This document shows positions 8,519 through 18,818 of a DNA stretch of 64,000 nucleotides, piece by piece. The notes below the pieces were generated by a model. That model did not search any database, was not told where the DNA came from, and saw nothing but the letters and a program-made list of their open reading frames with translations. How positions within the stretch are numbered: position 1 is the stretch's first letter; each line of letters opens with the position of its first letter. The position numbers and the translations under genes are program-made. This DNA is from Marinilabiliales bacterium (lineage in GTDB: Bacteria > Bacteroidota > Bacteroidia > Bacteroidales > SZUA-534): the NCBI GenBank assembly GCA_003512955.1, contig DOTG01000020.1, positions 31,632 to 95,631 of the forward strand. Reading direction: 5' to 3'.

Positions 8519-9913
8519 ATGCCTGGAATTCGATACTCAAAATATCAAGATTCTCTTAGTTTAATTGGGGACTTCTTTTTTTTGTTGATTGCTTTTTTTC
8601 TTGCTTACTTTCTTAGGCAGAAAGCATTTTTCAATTTTCAAAGTCCTGATTATGTGATTGTTTTTCTTATTTATATGTTCTCTTGGTGGGTAATAGCTTC
8701 ACAATCAAGTTACTCAATTACTAAAAGAGGAATTCCAGTAGAACAAATTATTATTAAAACACTTCGTTCCACCCTTATTCATTTAACTGTAGTGTATTTG
8801 GCAATGATTGTTTTTCGATTTTATGGCATTTCACGTTTAACCCTTTTTATAAGCATTGGTATTGAGTTGATATTACTGATTGGATGGCGTATTACATTTT
8901 TCCAACTTTTAAACTCCTATCGCAAAGCTGGGTTTAACTATCGAAGAATTGCAATTTTGGGAGCCTCCCAACAATCCATAGATCTTTATAATACGTTAAT
9001 AAAAAACAAACATTATGGATATAAGTTTGTAGGCTTTTTTGCCGACAAAAAAGAATTAGGGTTAGAACTTGAATGCCCATATTACCCATTACAAAATTTT
9101 GAAACTTATCATAGTGAACAAGGACTAGATGAAGTTTTTTGTACTTTGGAATCAAGTTATGAAGAACGAATCAGAGAAATAATCCTGTTTTGCGAAAAAA
9201 ATTTAATCCGTTTTAAACTTGTACCAAGTTTTCAGAAATATTTAAGAAAAATGGTTGCCATAGATTTTATTGAAGGGATACCTATAGTATTATTGAGACC
9301 CGAACCCCTAGAAAGTAGTTATGCCCGATTATTAAAACGAAGTTTCGATATACTTTTTTCATCGTTTATTATCCTTTTCATATTAAGTTGGTTGCTGCCA
9401 TTAATTGGGTTACTTATAAAAATTGAATCTAAGGGCCCCATGTTTTTTATTCAGGAACGAACGGGTAAATCAAATCAAACTTTTAGAATAATTAAATTCC
9501 GTTCAATGACTGTAAACAAGGATGCTCATTTAAAACAAGCAACAAAAAACGACAGTCGGTTAACCCAAATTGGTAGATTTTTACGCAAAACCAACATTGA
9601 TGAATTGCCCCAATTTTTTAATGTTTTAATGGGACAAATGTCAGTAGTGGGGCCACGTCCACACATGTTAAAACATACTGAACAATATGCGGAAATTATT
9701 AGCAAATATATGGTGCGACATTTTGTTAAGCCAGGTATAACCGGGTGGGCTCAGGTAAATGGTTACCGGGGCGAAACAACCCAACCGATACTCATGGAAA
9801 AACGGGTTGAATTTGATGTTTGGTATATCGAGAACTGGTCATTCTTGCTTGATTTATCTATTATTACACGGACAATTGGTAATATGTTAAGGGGGGAGAA
9901 GAATGCTGGATGA
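8519..9913 (+). CDS. Polyprenyl-phosphate hexose-1-phosphate transferase (initiating sugar transferase, WcaJ/WbaP-like)
   Basis: N-terminal TM helices followed by the Bac_transf core: KRSFDILFSSFIILFILSWLLPLIGLLIKIESKGPMFFIQERTGKSNQTFRIIKFRSM ... DELPQFFNVLMGQMSVVGPRP. Confidence 0.9.
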   Translation: MPGIRYSKYQDSLSLIGDFFFLLIAFFLAYFLRQKAFFNFQSPDYVIVFLIYMFSWWVIASQSSYSITKRGIPVEQIIIKTLRSTLIHLTVVYLAMIVFRFYGISRLTLFISIGIELILLIGWRITFFQLLNSYRKAGFNYRRIAILGASQQSIDLYNTLIKNKHYGYKFVGFFADKKELGLELECPYYPLQNFETYHSEQGLDEVFCTLESSYEERIREIILFCEKNLIRFKLVPSFQKYLRKMVAIDFIEGIPIVLLRPEPLESSYARLLKRSFDILFSSFIILFILSWLLPLIGLLIKIESKGPMFFIQERTGKSNQTFRIIKFRSMTVNKDAHLKQATKNDSRLTQIGRFLRKTNIDELPQFFNVLMGQMSVVGPRPHMLKHTEQYAEIISKYMVRHFVKPGITGWAQVNGYRGETTQPILMEKRVEFDVWYIENWSFLLDLSIITRTIGNMLRGEKNAG

Positions 9914-9969
9914 GTTTAACATATTAAGTTGATAAGATACTAAATAACTTTTCTTGAGTTAATTAAATG

Positions 9970-10707
9970 TTAAAAAAACTGAGGTATTTTACGTAATATT
10001 TTAAAAGTTAATGTAAAAGAAGCCGGAAGTTTATACAATCGCATTATAATAAAATCTTCTTTTGATTTTGGTAATTGATTTTTTAAAGAGGTACTTGTGC
10101 CACCCATTTTCATACGCACATGATAAAACCCGGTATAGTGTACCTTTAATTTTGAACTGGTAAGTGCCCTGAGGGTATATTCATAATCGCTTGCAATGCG
10201 GTAACGCAAATCATAAAGGCCTAATAGTTTAACGGCTGCTTTATTAAAATACATGGTGGTATGCAAGGGAACCCAGCCAAACCACAATTTCCACCTTTTA
10301 AATGGTTTACTAATCCAATTCCTGATAATCAGATTGGTATTTGTACTATCAACATAAATTCCGTTCCCATAAACCCAATCGGCTTGCGATTGTGCAAAGT
10401 GGTTAACAATTTGTTCAATGGTGTTATTGGCATATAATTCGTCATCGGAGTGCAAAAGACCGATAATATCACCCGTAGCCAGGTTTAACCCCTTATTGAT
10501 AGCATCGTACATACCTTTATCAGGTTCCGTTATTACTTGGGTTGTTTCATTCTTCAATTGGTAAAGTAGTTCTAAGGTACCATCTGTTGATGATCCATCA
10601 ACTATTATATGCTCTATATCAGCATACGTTTGACTTTGAACCGAACGAATTGTTGATCCTATTGTGTTTTTATTATTAAAACAAGCAGTTATTAACGTAA
10701 CTTTCAT
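9970..10707 (-). CDS. Glycosyltransferase family 2
   Basis: GT-A N-terminus VTLITACFNNKNTIGSTIRSVQSQTY..IIVDGSSTDGT, plus HSDDE. There is a 4-nt ATGA overlap with the upstream gene. Confidence 0.85.
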   Translation of the reverse strand: MKVTLITACFNNKNTIGSTIRSVQSQTYADIEHIIVDGSSTDGTLELLYQLKNETTQVITEPDKGMYDAINKGLNLATGDIIGLLHSDDELYANNTIEQIVNHFAQSQADWVYGNGIYVDSTNTNLIIRNWISKPFKRWKLWFGWVPLHTTMYFNKAAVKLLGLYDLRYRIASDYEYTLRALTSSKLKVHYTGFYHVRMKMGGTSTSLKNQLPKSKEDFIIMRLYKLPASFTLTFKILRKIPQFF

Positions 10708-11750
10708 AAATGATAGTATGAACGATACCAGTCTATAAAAGCTTTCACGCCAACTTCAATTGGGGTGTTCGGTTTAAGGCCTATTCCTTCTTCTATTTTG
10801 TGAGTATCGGCATAAGTTTTATATACATCACCGTCCTGAATTGGCAAGAAGTTTTTAATTGCCATTTTTCTGCTATACTTTTCAATCAAAGAAATGAATT
10901 CGAGCAAGTTAACAGGAGTGTGATTCCCAACATTATAAATTCTATATGGTGCAATAGAACTCGAAGGGTCAGGATTTTGACTATCCCAAAACTGATTTGT
11001 TTGAGGTATGCTTTTAGAAACACGTTCTAGTACATTCACAACATCATCTATATAGGTAAAGTCACGGTGCATATCACCATAATTATAAATATCAATGGGT
11101 TTATCCTCAAATATAGCTTTTGTGAATTTAAACAAAGCCATATCGGGCCTCCCCCAAGGACCGTAAACTGTAAAAAAACGCAAACCTGTACAAGGTATTT
11201 TATACAAATAACTATAAGTATGCGCCATTAATTCGTTGCTTTTTTTCGTTGCAGCATATAAACTTATAGGGTGATCAACATTATCACTTTCTGAAAATGG
11301 TATTTGGGCATTTAATCCATAAACACTGCTACTACTTGCAAATACCAGGTGCTTAATTGCAAAACTGCGACAACATTCCAAAATATTCATAAATCCAACA
11401 ATATTTGAATCAATATATGAATACGGATTTTCGATACTATACCTAACCCCTGCTTGAGCCGCCAGATTGATTACAACATCAATTTGATACTTTTCAAAAA
11501 TACGCTCAATTTCTATTCTATTTTCAAGCTGAATATTAATAAACCTAAAATCACAATTTTTACTTTTGATTTCTTTAAGTGGAAAAATCTCTTCATCAAT
11601 GCCCAATTCTTTTAATCGAGCCAGCTTAAGGGTAACATCGTAATATGAGTTCAACGAATCGATTCCTATAATCCTATCTTTCTTATTAGCTAATTTTTTT
11701 GAAAGATGAAAACCAATAAATCCCGCTGTACCAGTAACTAAGATATTCAT
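10704..11750 (-). CDS. NAD-dependent nucleotide-sugar epimerase, UDP-glucuronate 4-epimerase-like
   Basis: NILVTGTAGFIGFHL Rossmann motif, DSLNSYYDVTLKLARL (typical of the CapI/LpsL-type family) and YAATKKS (YxxxK). Confidence 0.8.
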   Translation of the reverse strand: MNILVTGTAGFIGFHLSKKLANKKDRIIGIDSLNSYYDVTLKLARLKELGIDEEIFPLKEIKSKNCDFRFINIQLENRIEIERIFEKYQIDVVINLAAQAGVRYSIENPYSYIDSNIVGFMNILECCRSFAIKHLVFASSSSVYGLNAQIPFSESDNVDHPISLYAATKKSNELMAHTYSYLYKIPCTGLRFFTVYGPWGRPDMALFKFTKAIFEDKPIDIYNYGDMHRDFTYIDDVVNVLERVSKSIPQTNQFWDSQNPDPSSSIAPYRIYNVGNHTPVNLLEFISLIEKYSRKMAIKNFLPIQDGDVYKTYADTHKIEEGIGLKPNTPIEVGVKAFIDWYRSYYHL

Positions 11751-11758
11751 TATAATAT

Positions 11759-13018
11759 TTATTGTAGACTAATTAAAAGCATTTGTCTTCTATTTTCTAC
11801 TACTGTATCAACCGCTATCATATCACCTGCTTCATTCCAACGGGGGTGTAAGTCGCACCTTACCTCATCATCCCAGGTAGGTGGCAGGTAAAAATTTCCT
11901 ATAGTTTTTGCTTCTTTATTTTTGAAATCAAACATGATTAAGGAAACTCTTCCTTTTTTGTCAGGATAATTATCTGTAATCATACGATTTCCATTTTTCT
12001 CAAAACTACAATGGCCATCCGAAACTAATGCCTTGTTTTTTATGAATGTCCTATTTAAAGATTGTGTATCAAAAAGGATATAATTGTCCTTCAGTACAAA
12101 CCTTTTCAGGAATCTAGGCTTACCTAGTTTTTTATACATGACCTGAAATATCTTGCCTACAGGTATTTTACCCATTAATCCTTTATTTACCCCTTCAAGT
12201 AACGAACGTTCACCAGCCCATGCAATAATGTCTTGATTATTGCGCCAACCAAAATGCGAAGCCATACCGGCAATTAATAATAGCAACTCATCGTTGCCAA
12301 TATTGTAAATAAGCATGCGTGTATATTGGGTTCCCACTTCATTTATGTACCTGTGCAAAAAACATATCTTTTTCCCATCAGGGCTAAAAATGGGATGATT
12401 AACATAATGAAAGGCGTTTTTAACGGTGTTATTTTTACCAAATTCAGCAATTTGTTTAATACTAATTATTTTGACGGGATTTCCTGTAACTATATCAACC
12501 AGAATGATTCCGTCGTTTTCTGGAATATTTTCATGTGCATATAAATCAGTAATTGCCGGGTAACCATAATCTTTCCGTACTCTGTTTAATCGCCCAAAAT
12601 TTAAACTTACACCTAACGTTCCATCTGAATTTAATGTCGCGATTGGATAGTCAATTTGGGCCTTTAAATCACCCTTCAAATCTATTATTTTTGCAACTGC
12701 TTTACCTTCGTGAATATCATTAAATAATATTTTATTACTTTTGCCAACCCATTGCAGCATTGCACCTTGTTGAAAATTCCATGCTAAAGTTTCAGCAAGT
12801 TTAACAAATCGGTTTGATGCAATTTCCCAATAACCAACCTCAATTTTTTCGATACCTTTTGGAAAAACATTTTCGTGAAATGAACGATGGCAAAGAAATA
12901 AATTTTGATTATTCGGACACCAGGGTGATTTATCAAAATATCCGAAAAAATGTGAAGCCTCACCTGTTGTTAGAAACTCAATTTGACCACCTGAATCTAA
13001 TTTAAATGGTTTTTCCAT
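11759..13018 (-). CDS. Hypothetical protein, probably a beta-propeller (TolB / oligogalacturonide-lyase-like)
   Basis: 419-aa ORF inside the operon. Strings such as HPIFSPDGKKICF and CDLHPRWNEAGDMIAVDT resemble propeller-blade motifs of TolB-like proteins. No recognisable catalytic motif. Confidence 0.55.
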   Translation of the reverse strand: MEKPFKLDSGGQIEFLTTGEASHFFGYFDKSPWCPNNQNLFLCHRSFHENVFPKGIEKIEVGYWEIASNRFVKLAETLAWNFQQGAMLQWVGKSNKILFNDIHEGKAVAKIIDLKGDLKAQIDYPIATLNSDGTLGVSLNFGRLNRVRKDYGYPAITDLYAHENIPENDGIILVDIVTGNPVKIISIKQIAEFGKNNTVKNAFHYVNHPIFSPDGKKICFLHRYINEVGTQYTRMLIYNIGNDELLLLIAGMASHFGWRNNQDIIAWAGERSLLEGVNKGLMGKIPVGKIFQVMYKKLGKPRFLKRFVLKDNYILFDTQSLNRTFIKNKALVSDGHCSFEKNGNRMITDNYPDKKGRVSLIMFDFKNKEAKTIGNFYLPPTWDDEVRCDLHPRWNEAGDMIAVDTVVENRRQMLLISLQ

Positions 13019-13847
13019 TCTTGATCCTTTTTAGTTCTTTTATTTTAAGAACGATTAAATACTCATAAAAACATTGTAGAAAAGTGTAGTGAATACCTGC
13101 TTTCCCATCGAGAAACGACATTTTAACGAAAAAAAGATAAATGAATTTTAAGAAAGGGCGAAATGGGAGTCGAAACGAAAGTTGCTTCAAAGCATATCGC
13201 CTTAATGCAGGATTGCGACTGACCAAACCCGAAACCTTAAAGTCACTTTTTTGGAGTGAATTCATGGTTTCATCAGCCTCATAGGTTGAATACCTGTTGT
13301 GTCGCCATACCCAATCGTTAATCCCTTTCGAAAAAGGATAATGAATAAAATATTCTTTCAAGGCACCCAGCTGTCCATCGATCTTAGGTACAGGATTGGC
13401 CTTTCGTTCCCATCCTATTTTGTCGTGTCGAAATAAACGCACAATCCAGGGATATCCCGAACTACGCTGTATCCAACTTCCCATAAAAAAATCGCGTCGC
13501 CTGATTTGGTAAGCGACCACAGGGTTTTCATTCACCGGAATCGAAGTAACTTTTTTTATTTCTTCGAGTAGATTAGAGGGAACTATTTCATCGGCATCAG
13601 CATAAAATACCCAATCGTGTTTGAATTTTATATTTTCCATTGCCCAATTCTGATGAGCAGCTCGTCCTTTATATTCATGCTGAACCCATCTTGCTCCATT
13701 TTTAAGCACAATCTCCTCTGTTCTATCACTGCTATACGAATCGAGGACAACTATATCATCGCTCCATTTTAATGAATCAATGCATCGCTGAATATTGGAT
13801 TCCTCATTTAAAGTTTGTATAAAAACCGAACAATTTATTGTCTCCAT
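13002..13847 (-). CDS. Glycosyltransferase family 2
   Basis: SVFIQTLNEESNIQRCIDSL...DIVVLDSYSSDRT and YADADE (DxD). Confidence 0.85.
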   Translation of the reverse strand: METINCSVFIQTLNEESNIQRCIDSLKWSDDIVVLDSYSSDRTEEIVLKNGARWVQHEYKGRAAHQNWAMENIKFKHDWVFYADADEIVPSNLLEEIKKVTSIPVNENPVVAYQIRRRDFFMGSWIQRSSGYPWIVRLFRHDKIGWERKANPVPKIDGQLGALKEYFIHYPFSKGINDWVWRHNRYSTYEADETMNSLQKSDFKVSGLVSRNPALRRYALKQLSFRLPFRPFLKFIYLFFVKMSFLDGKAGIHYTFLQCFYEYLIVLKIKELKRIKNGKTI

Positions 13848-13848
13848 A

Positions 13849-14397
13849 CTATTGTTTAATAATTCTATCCTTAATTACTTTTGCGGGTGTTCCTGCGCAA
13901 ACTTTCCATGGTGGTAAATCGCGGAATACACTTGAACGGGCACCAACTACCGTTCCATCACCGATGGTAACACCTGGTGCAACAAAAACATCGGCAGCCA
14001 GCCAACATTGTTCCCCAACTTTAATTGGCCTTGCTTTTAATGGAAACCTCGAATGCTCATAATCGTGATCGGCGCCGCAAAGGAATGAAAACTGGCTTAT
14101 TGTTGAATTTGCCCCTATTTCGATAGTGGTAACGCAATAACAATAAACCCCATCTCCCAAGGTTGCATTTTGATGCATGATTAAATTCCAGGGGGCATAA
14201 ATTTTTGCCGAAGGATAAATCCTGGCTTTCCGATGCAGTTTTGCCCCAAACATACGCAATAATACATTCCGCCACAAGTGAAAGGGTCTTGGCGAAAACC
14301 GGAAGAAAACTATATATGCAACACCCCAAATCACCCGGCTTAAACGGTTACTTAATGAGAAGTAACTCTTTTTGTCGCTTATATCTACCTTAATCAT
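13849..14397 (-). CDS. Hexapeptide-repeat O-acetyltransferase, WcaF-like
   Basis: The N-terminal segment LSRVIWGVAYIVFFRFSPRPFHLWRNVLLRMFGAKL is typical of WcaF. Left-handed beta-helix repeats follow (IGANSTISQ, VGEQCWLAADVFVAPGVTIGDGTVVGARS). Confidence 0.85.
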   Translation of the reverse strand: MIKVDISDKKSYFSLSNRLSRVIWGVAYIVFFRFSPRPFHLWRNVLLRMFGAKLHRKARIYPSAKIYAPWNLIMHQNATLGDGVYCYCVTTIEIGANSTISQFSFLCGADHDYEHSRFPLKARPIKVGEQCWLAADVFVAPGVTIGDGTVVGARSSVFRDLPPWKVCAGTPAKVIKDRIIKQ

Positions 14398-14409
14398 TTC
14401 TATAAAGTT

Positions 14410-15582
14410 TTAATTAAAATGTACAAATTCAGGTGCCTTACCACCTTCGAGTTGCCATTGGTATAGTTGAAACATCATTTCACTTACTTTTGGCCATGCG
14501 TAATGATCTTCAACTAATTTTTTACCATTTGCCCCTATTTGCAATAAATCAGTAACCGATAATGATAGGGCATTATTTAAGCAGTCGTAAAGCGGTTCTA
14601 CACCGTGGTTAATCCACCACCCGCAATGATAATCAACCAAATCTTTCCATGGTGCTCCAACGGTAGTAATTACAGGTTTATTAAACATTAGCGCTTCTAA
14701 AACCACAATACCAAAATTCTCGGTCTGGGTTGGTAAAACAAATAAGTCACAGCGTTTATATAATTCTTTTTTATAATCACCATACAATGCCCCCAAAAAG
14801 GTTGTAGAAGTGTCAGCTCCACTTGCATGTAATTGTTTTTTTAGTTCGCCCAAATATGTATCATCGCCGGTTCCTGCAATTACCAAATGCCAATTGGGAT
14901 AGTTCTTGTATAAACGTCCCCAAACTTCAGTTAATTTGCCCACTGACTTTATTGGATGAACCCTTGATAAATATAAAAGAATTCTTTTCCCTTCAAGATG
15001 GGGATATTGATTATGAATAAATGAACCTTCAGACTGAATTTGATCAAAATTCATTTCCATGCCGATGGGTATAACCGCAATGGGTGATTTAATGCCATAT
15101 GCACGTACAATATTATATTCTAAATATGATGTAACATGAACACAATCAGCTGAATTAAGCGACTTTAATACGAAGAATTTCCGGAATAAGCTCTTTTTTA
15201 ATTTCCCCCGATTTAGTTCCTTGGGAGCCAACATTCCATGCACTGTACTTATTCGTTTAATTCTGAATTGCTTGCTCAGACAATAACCCAGGTAATGCGT
15301 GTAACCCCATATGGAGTTTGTATGAATCAATGAATACTCAGTGATATGCCGGGTTAAATATTTTTTCATCTCCAAAGAATATCCAATACTAAAACCATTA
15401 AAAACCGATTTTTGAAACAGGACACTGATATCATCATTTTTATTTGATGCTTGATTGTCATCTTCAAGTGAAAAAAGCCCTACTTTCAATTTTCGTTTTA
15501 AATGTAAAGCAAGTCCGTTTACAAAATAAGAAATACCGGCACCTTTGTGAGAGATCGAATTTGCTAATATGGCAATTTTCAT
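14410..15582 (-). CDS. Glycosyltransferase family 4 (GT-B)
   Basis: C-terminal retaining GT-B motif LFVLPTQTENFGIVVLEALMFNKPVITT (E-x7-E). Confidence 0.85.
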   Translation of the reverse strand: MKIAILANSISHKGAGISYFVNGLALHLKRKLKVGLFSLEDDNQASNKNDDISVLFQKSVFNGFSIGYSLEMKKYLTRHITEYSLIHTNSIWGYTHYLGYCLSKQFRIKRISTVHGMLAPKELNRGKLKKSLFRKFFVLKSLNSADCVHVTSYLEYNIVRAYGIKSPIAVIPIGMEMNFDQIQSEGSFIHNQYPHLEGKRILLYLSRVHPIKSVGKLTEVWGRLYKNYPNWHLVIAGTGDDTYLGELKKQLHASGADTSTTFLGALYGDYKKELYKRCDLFVLPTQTENFGIVVLEALMFNKPVITTVGAPWKDLVDYHCGWWINHGVEPLYDCLNNALSLSVTDLLQIGANGKKLVEDHYAWPKVSEMMFQLYQWQLEGGKAPEFVHFN

Positions 15583-15592
15583 AATTGTCTTT

Positions 15593-16663
15593 TTAAGTAA
15601 GGTTCCTTTTTATAAAATCAACAAATGCCACCGAAGTTTTACATACATCAATAGTTTTTACTATTTCTTTCGATCTTTCTCCATGCACATTTAAAATCGA
15701 TTTATCGTCGACGTAGGCCAACATCTTATTTATGATGGATGACTGATCGTTATATTGCACATAAAATCCATTGTAATCGTTTATTATTAAATCGTTAGAT
15801 GCAGCAAGGTTGTATGAAGTAATAACTCCCATTCCGCTTGCCATAGCTTCCTGTATAATAATGCCCCAACCCGAATGTTTTTGAAGTGATAATAAAACAT
15901 CGGCCCGGGTATAAATGGAATGGATATCATACCAGTCTTTAAAATCGTTTAGCCAGAGTACCCGATCACTTATGTTCAACTCTTTAATCAATTTAAGGCA
16001 TTCGTTTTCAAGGGATCCGGTTCCAGAGATAATAAGCTGGAGGTTCATATCGGGCCGCAATGCGACAGTTTTTGCAAAACATTTAATTCCCATGGTTGGA
16101 TTCCGAAAATCCTCTAAACGTCCAGAAATTAAAAAGCGCATATCGTATGCTGAATAAGTCCTTTGAGCCGCCAACAAATGATCGAGTTTAAACGAATAAG
16201 GTATACTTGTAATATTCCCCTTGTAAAGCTTTTCAAATTGCAATAATGCCTGGCTTCCAATAGCTATAATACCCTTAGCATGTTTAGCAACCATCGCGAA
16301 TAGCTTTTGCTTTAAGAAGGATTTTACTAAACTCCCGGGTAAAAACATTTCTTTTGGCCCCAGAAAATAATCTTTTCTGTTTTTTAGTGACCAATACATC
16401 AAATATAAGCCAAAAGCAGTATTGTATTCCGAAAAAATCAAGATGTCAGGGTTCTCCTGATTTAGTATTTTATTGATTTCGTGCCGTTTGCGATTTTGTA
16501 AGACAATGCCTTTGTATTTAGCATTCCAATGTTTTCGGTCATGTGTGGCCGATTTTGAAAAAACCAATACCAATTGAAAATCGGTGAATGATTTGTTAAT
16601 AGTTTCAACAAACTCAATCTGAAAAGGCGATGGTATGGGTGTAAAATAGACGGCTTTGATCAT
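15593..16663 (-). CDS. Glycosyltransferase, GT-B (GT4-like)
   Basis: LLSLQKHSGWGIIIQEAMASGMGVITS motif and overall two-Rossmann length. Confidence 0.8.
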   Translation of the reverse strand: MIKAVYFTPIPSPFQIEFVETINKSFTDFQLVLVFSKSATHDRKHWNAKYKGIVLQNRKRHEINKILNQENPDILIFSEYNTAFGLYLMYWSLKNRKDYFLGPKEMFLPGSLVKSFLKQKLFAMVAKHAKGIIAIGSQALLQFEKLYKGNITSIPYSFKLDHLLAAQRTYSAYDMRFLISGRLEDFRNPTMGIKCFAKTVALRPDMNLQLIISGTGSLENECLKLIKELNISDRVLWLNDFKDWYDIHSIYTRADVLLSLQKHSGWGIIIQEAMASGMGVITSYNLAASNDLIINDYNGFYVQYNDQSSIINKMLAYVDDKSILNVHGERSKEIVKTIDVCKTSVAFVDFIKRNLT

Positions 16664-17757
16664 GATACTAAAAATTGATGAAATTGCCGGGCTCTATAAT
16701 TCCAGGTATGTAATGCAATGTTATATTTAACTTCTGTTATTTTATTTTCTAGAACCCAGTTCATTTTATCACTTAAGCTTTTGGCAGAATTAATTTCAAA
16801 ATAATGTCCATCATCGCCAAAAATTTCAATTGCCTCACCTATTCTACAGGTAATTATTGGTTTTTCGTACGGCAGGTACATAAATAATTTGCTTGGGCAC
16901 CGCGCCCAATCTTGTATTGTGTTGTGTAAAGGTGCAATAAAACAATCGGTTTGAGCAAATAGATCAATCAGTTTAATTTCATCAACATAACCCAAAACTT
17001 CAATATTATCGGTTATTCCGGTCAATGTAACAAATTCTCTGGCTTTATCAAGATCTTTGCCGGTACCAGCCAGAATCAGTTTGAAATTTGCCGTGTGTTT
17101 TAAAAGCTCGGCACAAGCTTCAAGCATGGTAAATAAGCCATAATTATGTGTAATTGACCCTACGTATAAAAAAACATGCAGGCTTTTTCCATTCAAATGA
17201 ACATTATCAATAACTTCCCCCTTTTTCTTGTAAAGTTCATCATTAAAAGCGTACGGTAAATACAATATTTTCTTTAAAGGTTTCTTTTTTAAATAATAGT
17301 TATATAAGTATTTACTGGCGCAAATTAACTCGTCAGCATACCATTTAGAGTAACTTTCCAATAATAAAGCTTTTAATTTGTTGGTTTTCGAAACAAGCGG
17401 TATACTGGAGGTTAGCTCTGAATGCTCTATTATAATATTTGGTTTTTTACTAATACCAAAGGGTATTATATTCCGAACAACAAAACCACACAAATAAATA
17501 TAGTCCGGTTTTATAGTATTTAAAATTGTTCGTTTATACCAAATTTCCTTAATTGAACCCGATGTAGGAAAAAAATGAAACGCAATGTTATTATTACATT
17601 CTATTTTCGACTTAATATGGTTTTCATCGGTATCCTGCATAATAATATGAACCTGCCAACCTAATTCGCCAAGTGGGTTGGCCATGCCAAGGGCACGTTT
17701 TGATGCCGCATTGGTTTTAATATCGCCGGTGGTAATAAAACAGATAGTTTGTTGCAT
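16660..17757 (-). CDS. Glycosyltransferase, GT-B (GT4/GT1-like)
   Basis: Two-domain size, LILAGTGKDLDKAREF and a C-terminal nucleotide-binding half. Less canonical than its neighbours. 4-nt overlap with the downstream gene. Confidence 0.7.
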   Translation of the reverse strand: MQQTICFITTGDIKTNAASKRALGMANPLGELGWQVHIIMQDTDENHIKSKIECNNNIAFHFFPTSGSIKEIWYKRTILNTIKPDYIYLCGFVVRNIIPFGISKKPNIIIEHSELTSSIPLVSKTNKLKALLLESYSKWYADELICASKYLYNYYLKKKPLKKILYLPYAFNDELYKKKGEVIDNVHLNGKSLHVFLYVGSITHNYGLFTMLEACAELLKHTANFKLILAGTGKDLDKAREFVTLTGITDNIEVLGYVDEIKLIDLFAQTDCFIAPLHNTIQDWARCPSKLFMYLPYEKPIITCRIGEAIEIFGDDGHYFEINSAKSLSDKMNWVLENKITEVKYNIALHTWNYRARQFHQFLVS

Positions 17758-17771
17758 GGTTATAAAATTTC

Positions 17772-18818
17772 CTACAAAAAGGTGGATGCTATTTCAGGAT
17801 TCATACACTCTTTTAAAATTTTATAACGTTGCCCAATAGTTAAATCACTGGTTAAGTATGATAGGTCCATCTTTTTAAGTGTTTCGGCTGATTTATTTCT
17901 CGACCAAAAGGCGACCAAAATCCGTGGAATAAACCTGGGAAGTTTTGAAAGAAAATATAATACAAAAAATAAAGGTACTTTATTTAAATTATCGAATGAA
18001 AGCAACGGACTTAATGTTTTCCAAGTAATTATTTCCTGTTTACCAATGCCTAACCTTCCCCTTAAAAGTGATTTTGGAAGCGAATACCGCTGGGTTCTAC
18101 GCCATTGTTTTAAATAAATGCGCCGAATTGTTTTATCGGGGATCATATCAGCTGTTACAGCGAAATTTTTTATGCACGTATTAAATAAAGCCCACCATTG
18201 ACCTTCCGCCTGCCCTATTTCCCTAAAATCACCTTTTTTAAATTCAAAAGGAACTACCTGAAATGCCATTTCAGCATCAACCCGAAACATACCCAAGATT
18301 AAGGTAACATTGGCCCATCCGGTATAAACGCCCCAATATCCAAAACGGAGCGATTTTTTTGCGGTTTCTAATGGTAAAATAACCATCGACAGCCACCCAA
18401 AGGGATTAATCTCTTTAAAGTTTAGGCTAAATTCATAAATGCCTTTTCCTTTAAAAACCGGACTATTTTCTGGTTTTAATAATAACAATTCTTTATTTGT
18501 AATACCCGAATTGATAACTGCCTCTACTTGTTCAGGAGTTATAGGATCATCATCGCCCCGCCACCAAAGATGGGTTCCGTTTTGGGCAAGCTCAACCAAA
18601 CGTAAAAAATTAGCCCCTCCTCCTATATTTACAACATTTTTATAGTAAAACCAGTTTGTGGTGCTCTCACAAAAACTTTTAGCTTCATTATTAATATTTT
18701 CCGAATTATCACAAACAACAACACCGGCAATTTTATCACTAAAGGATTTTATTTCGTGTAAACGTCTGATTAAAGATTCGCTTCTGTTGTAGGTTGGAAT
18801 CCCAATTATAATTTTCAT
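17772..18818 (-). CDS. Glycosyltransferase family 2
   Basis: MKIIIGIPTYNRSESLIRRL..., VVCDNSEN and WWRGDDD (DxD). Confidence 0.8.
   Translation of the reverse strand: MKIIIGIPTYNRSESLIRRLHEIKSFSDKIAGVVVCDNSENINNEAKSFCESTTNWFYYKNVVNIGGGANFLRLVELAQNGTHLWWRGDDDPITPEQVEAVINSGITNKELLLLKPENSPVFKGKGIYEFSLNFKEINPFGWLSMVILPLETAKKSLRFGYWGVYTGWANVTLILGMFRVDAEMAFQVVPFEFKKGDFREIGQAEGQWWALFNTCIKNFAVTADMIPDKTIRRIYLKQWRRTQRYSLPKSLLRGRLGIGKQEIITWKTLSPLLSFDNLNKVPLFFVLYFLSKLPRFIPRILVAFWSRNKSAETLKKMDLSYLTSDLTIGQRYKILKECMNPEIASTFL

Noticed and set aside
14057-14329. 90-aa minus-strand ORF in another frame within the WcaF-like gene
   Set aside because: It is fully nested in a gene with clear hexapeptide repeats, and it has no motif support.
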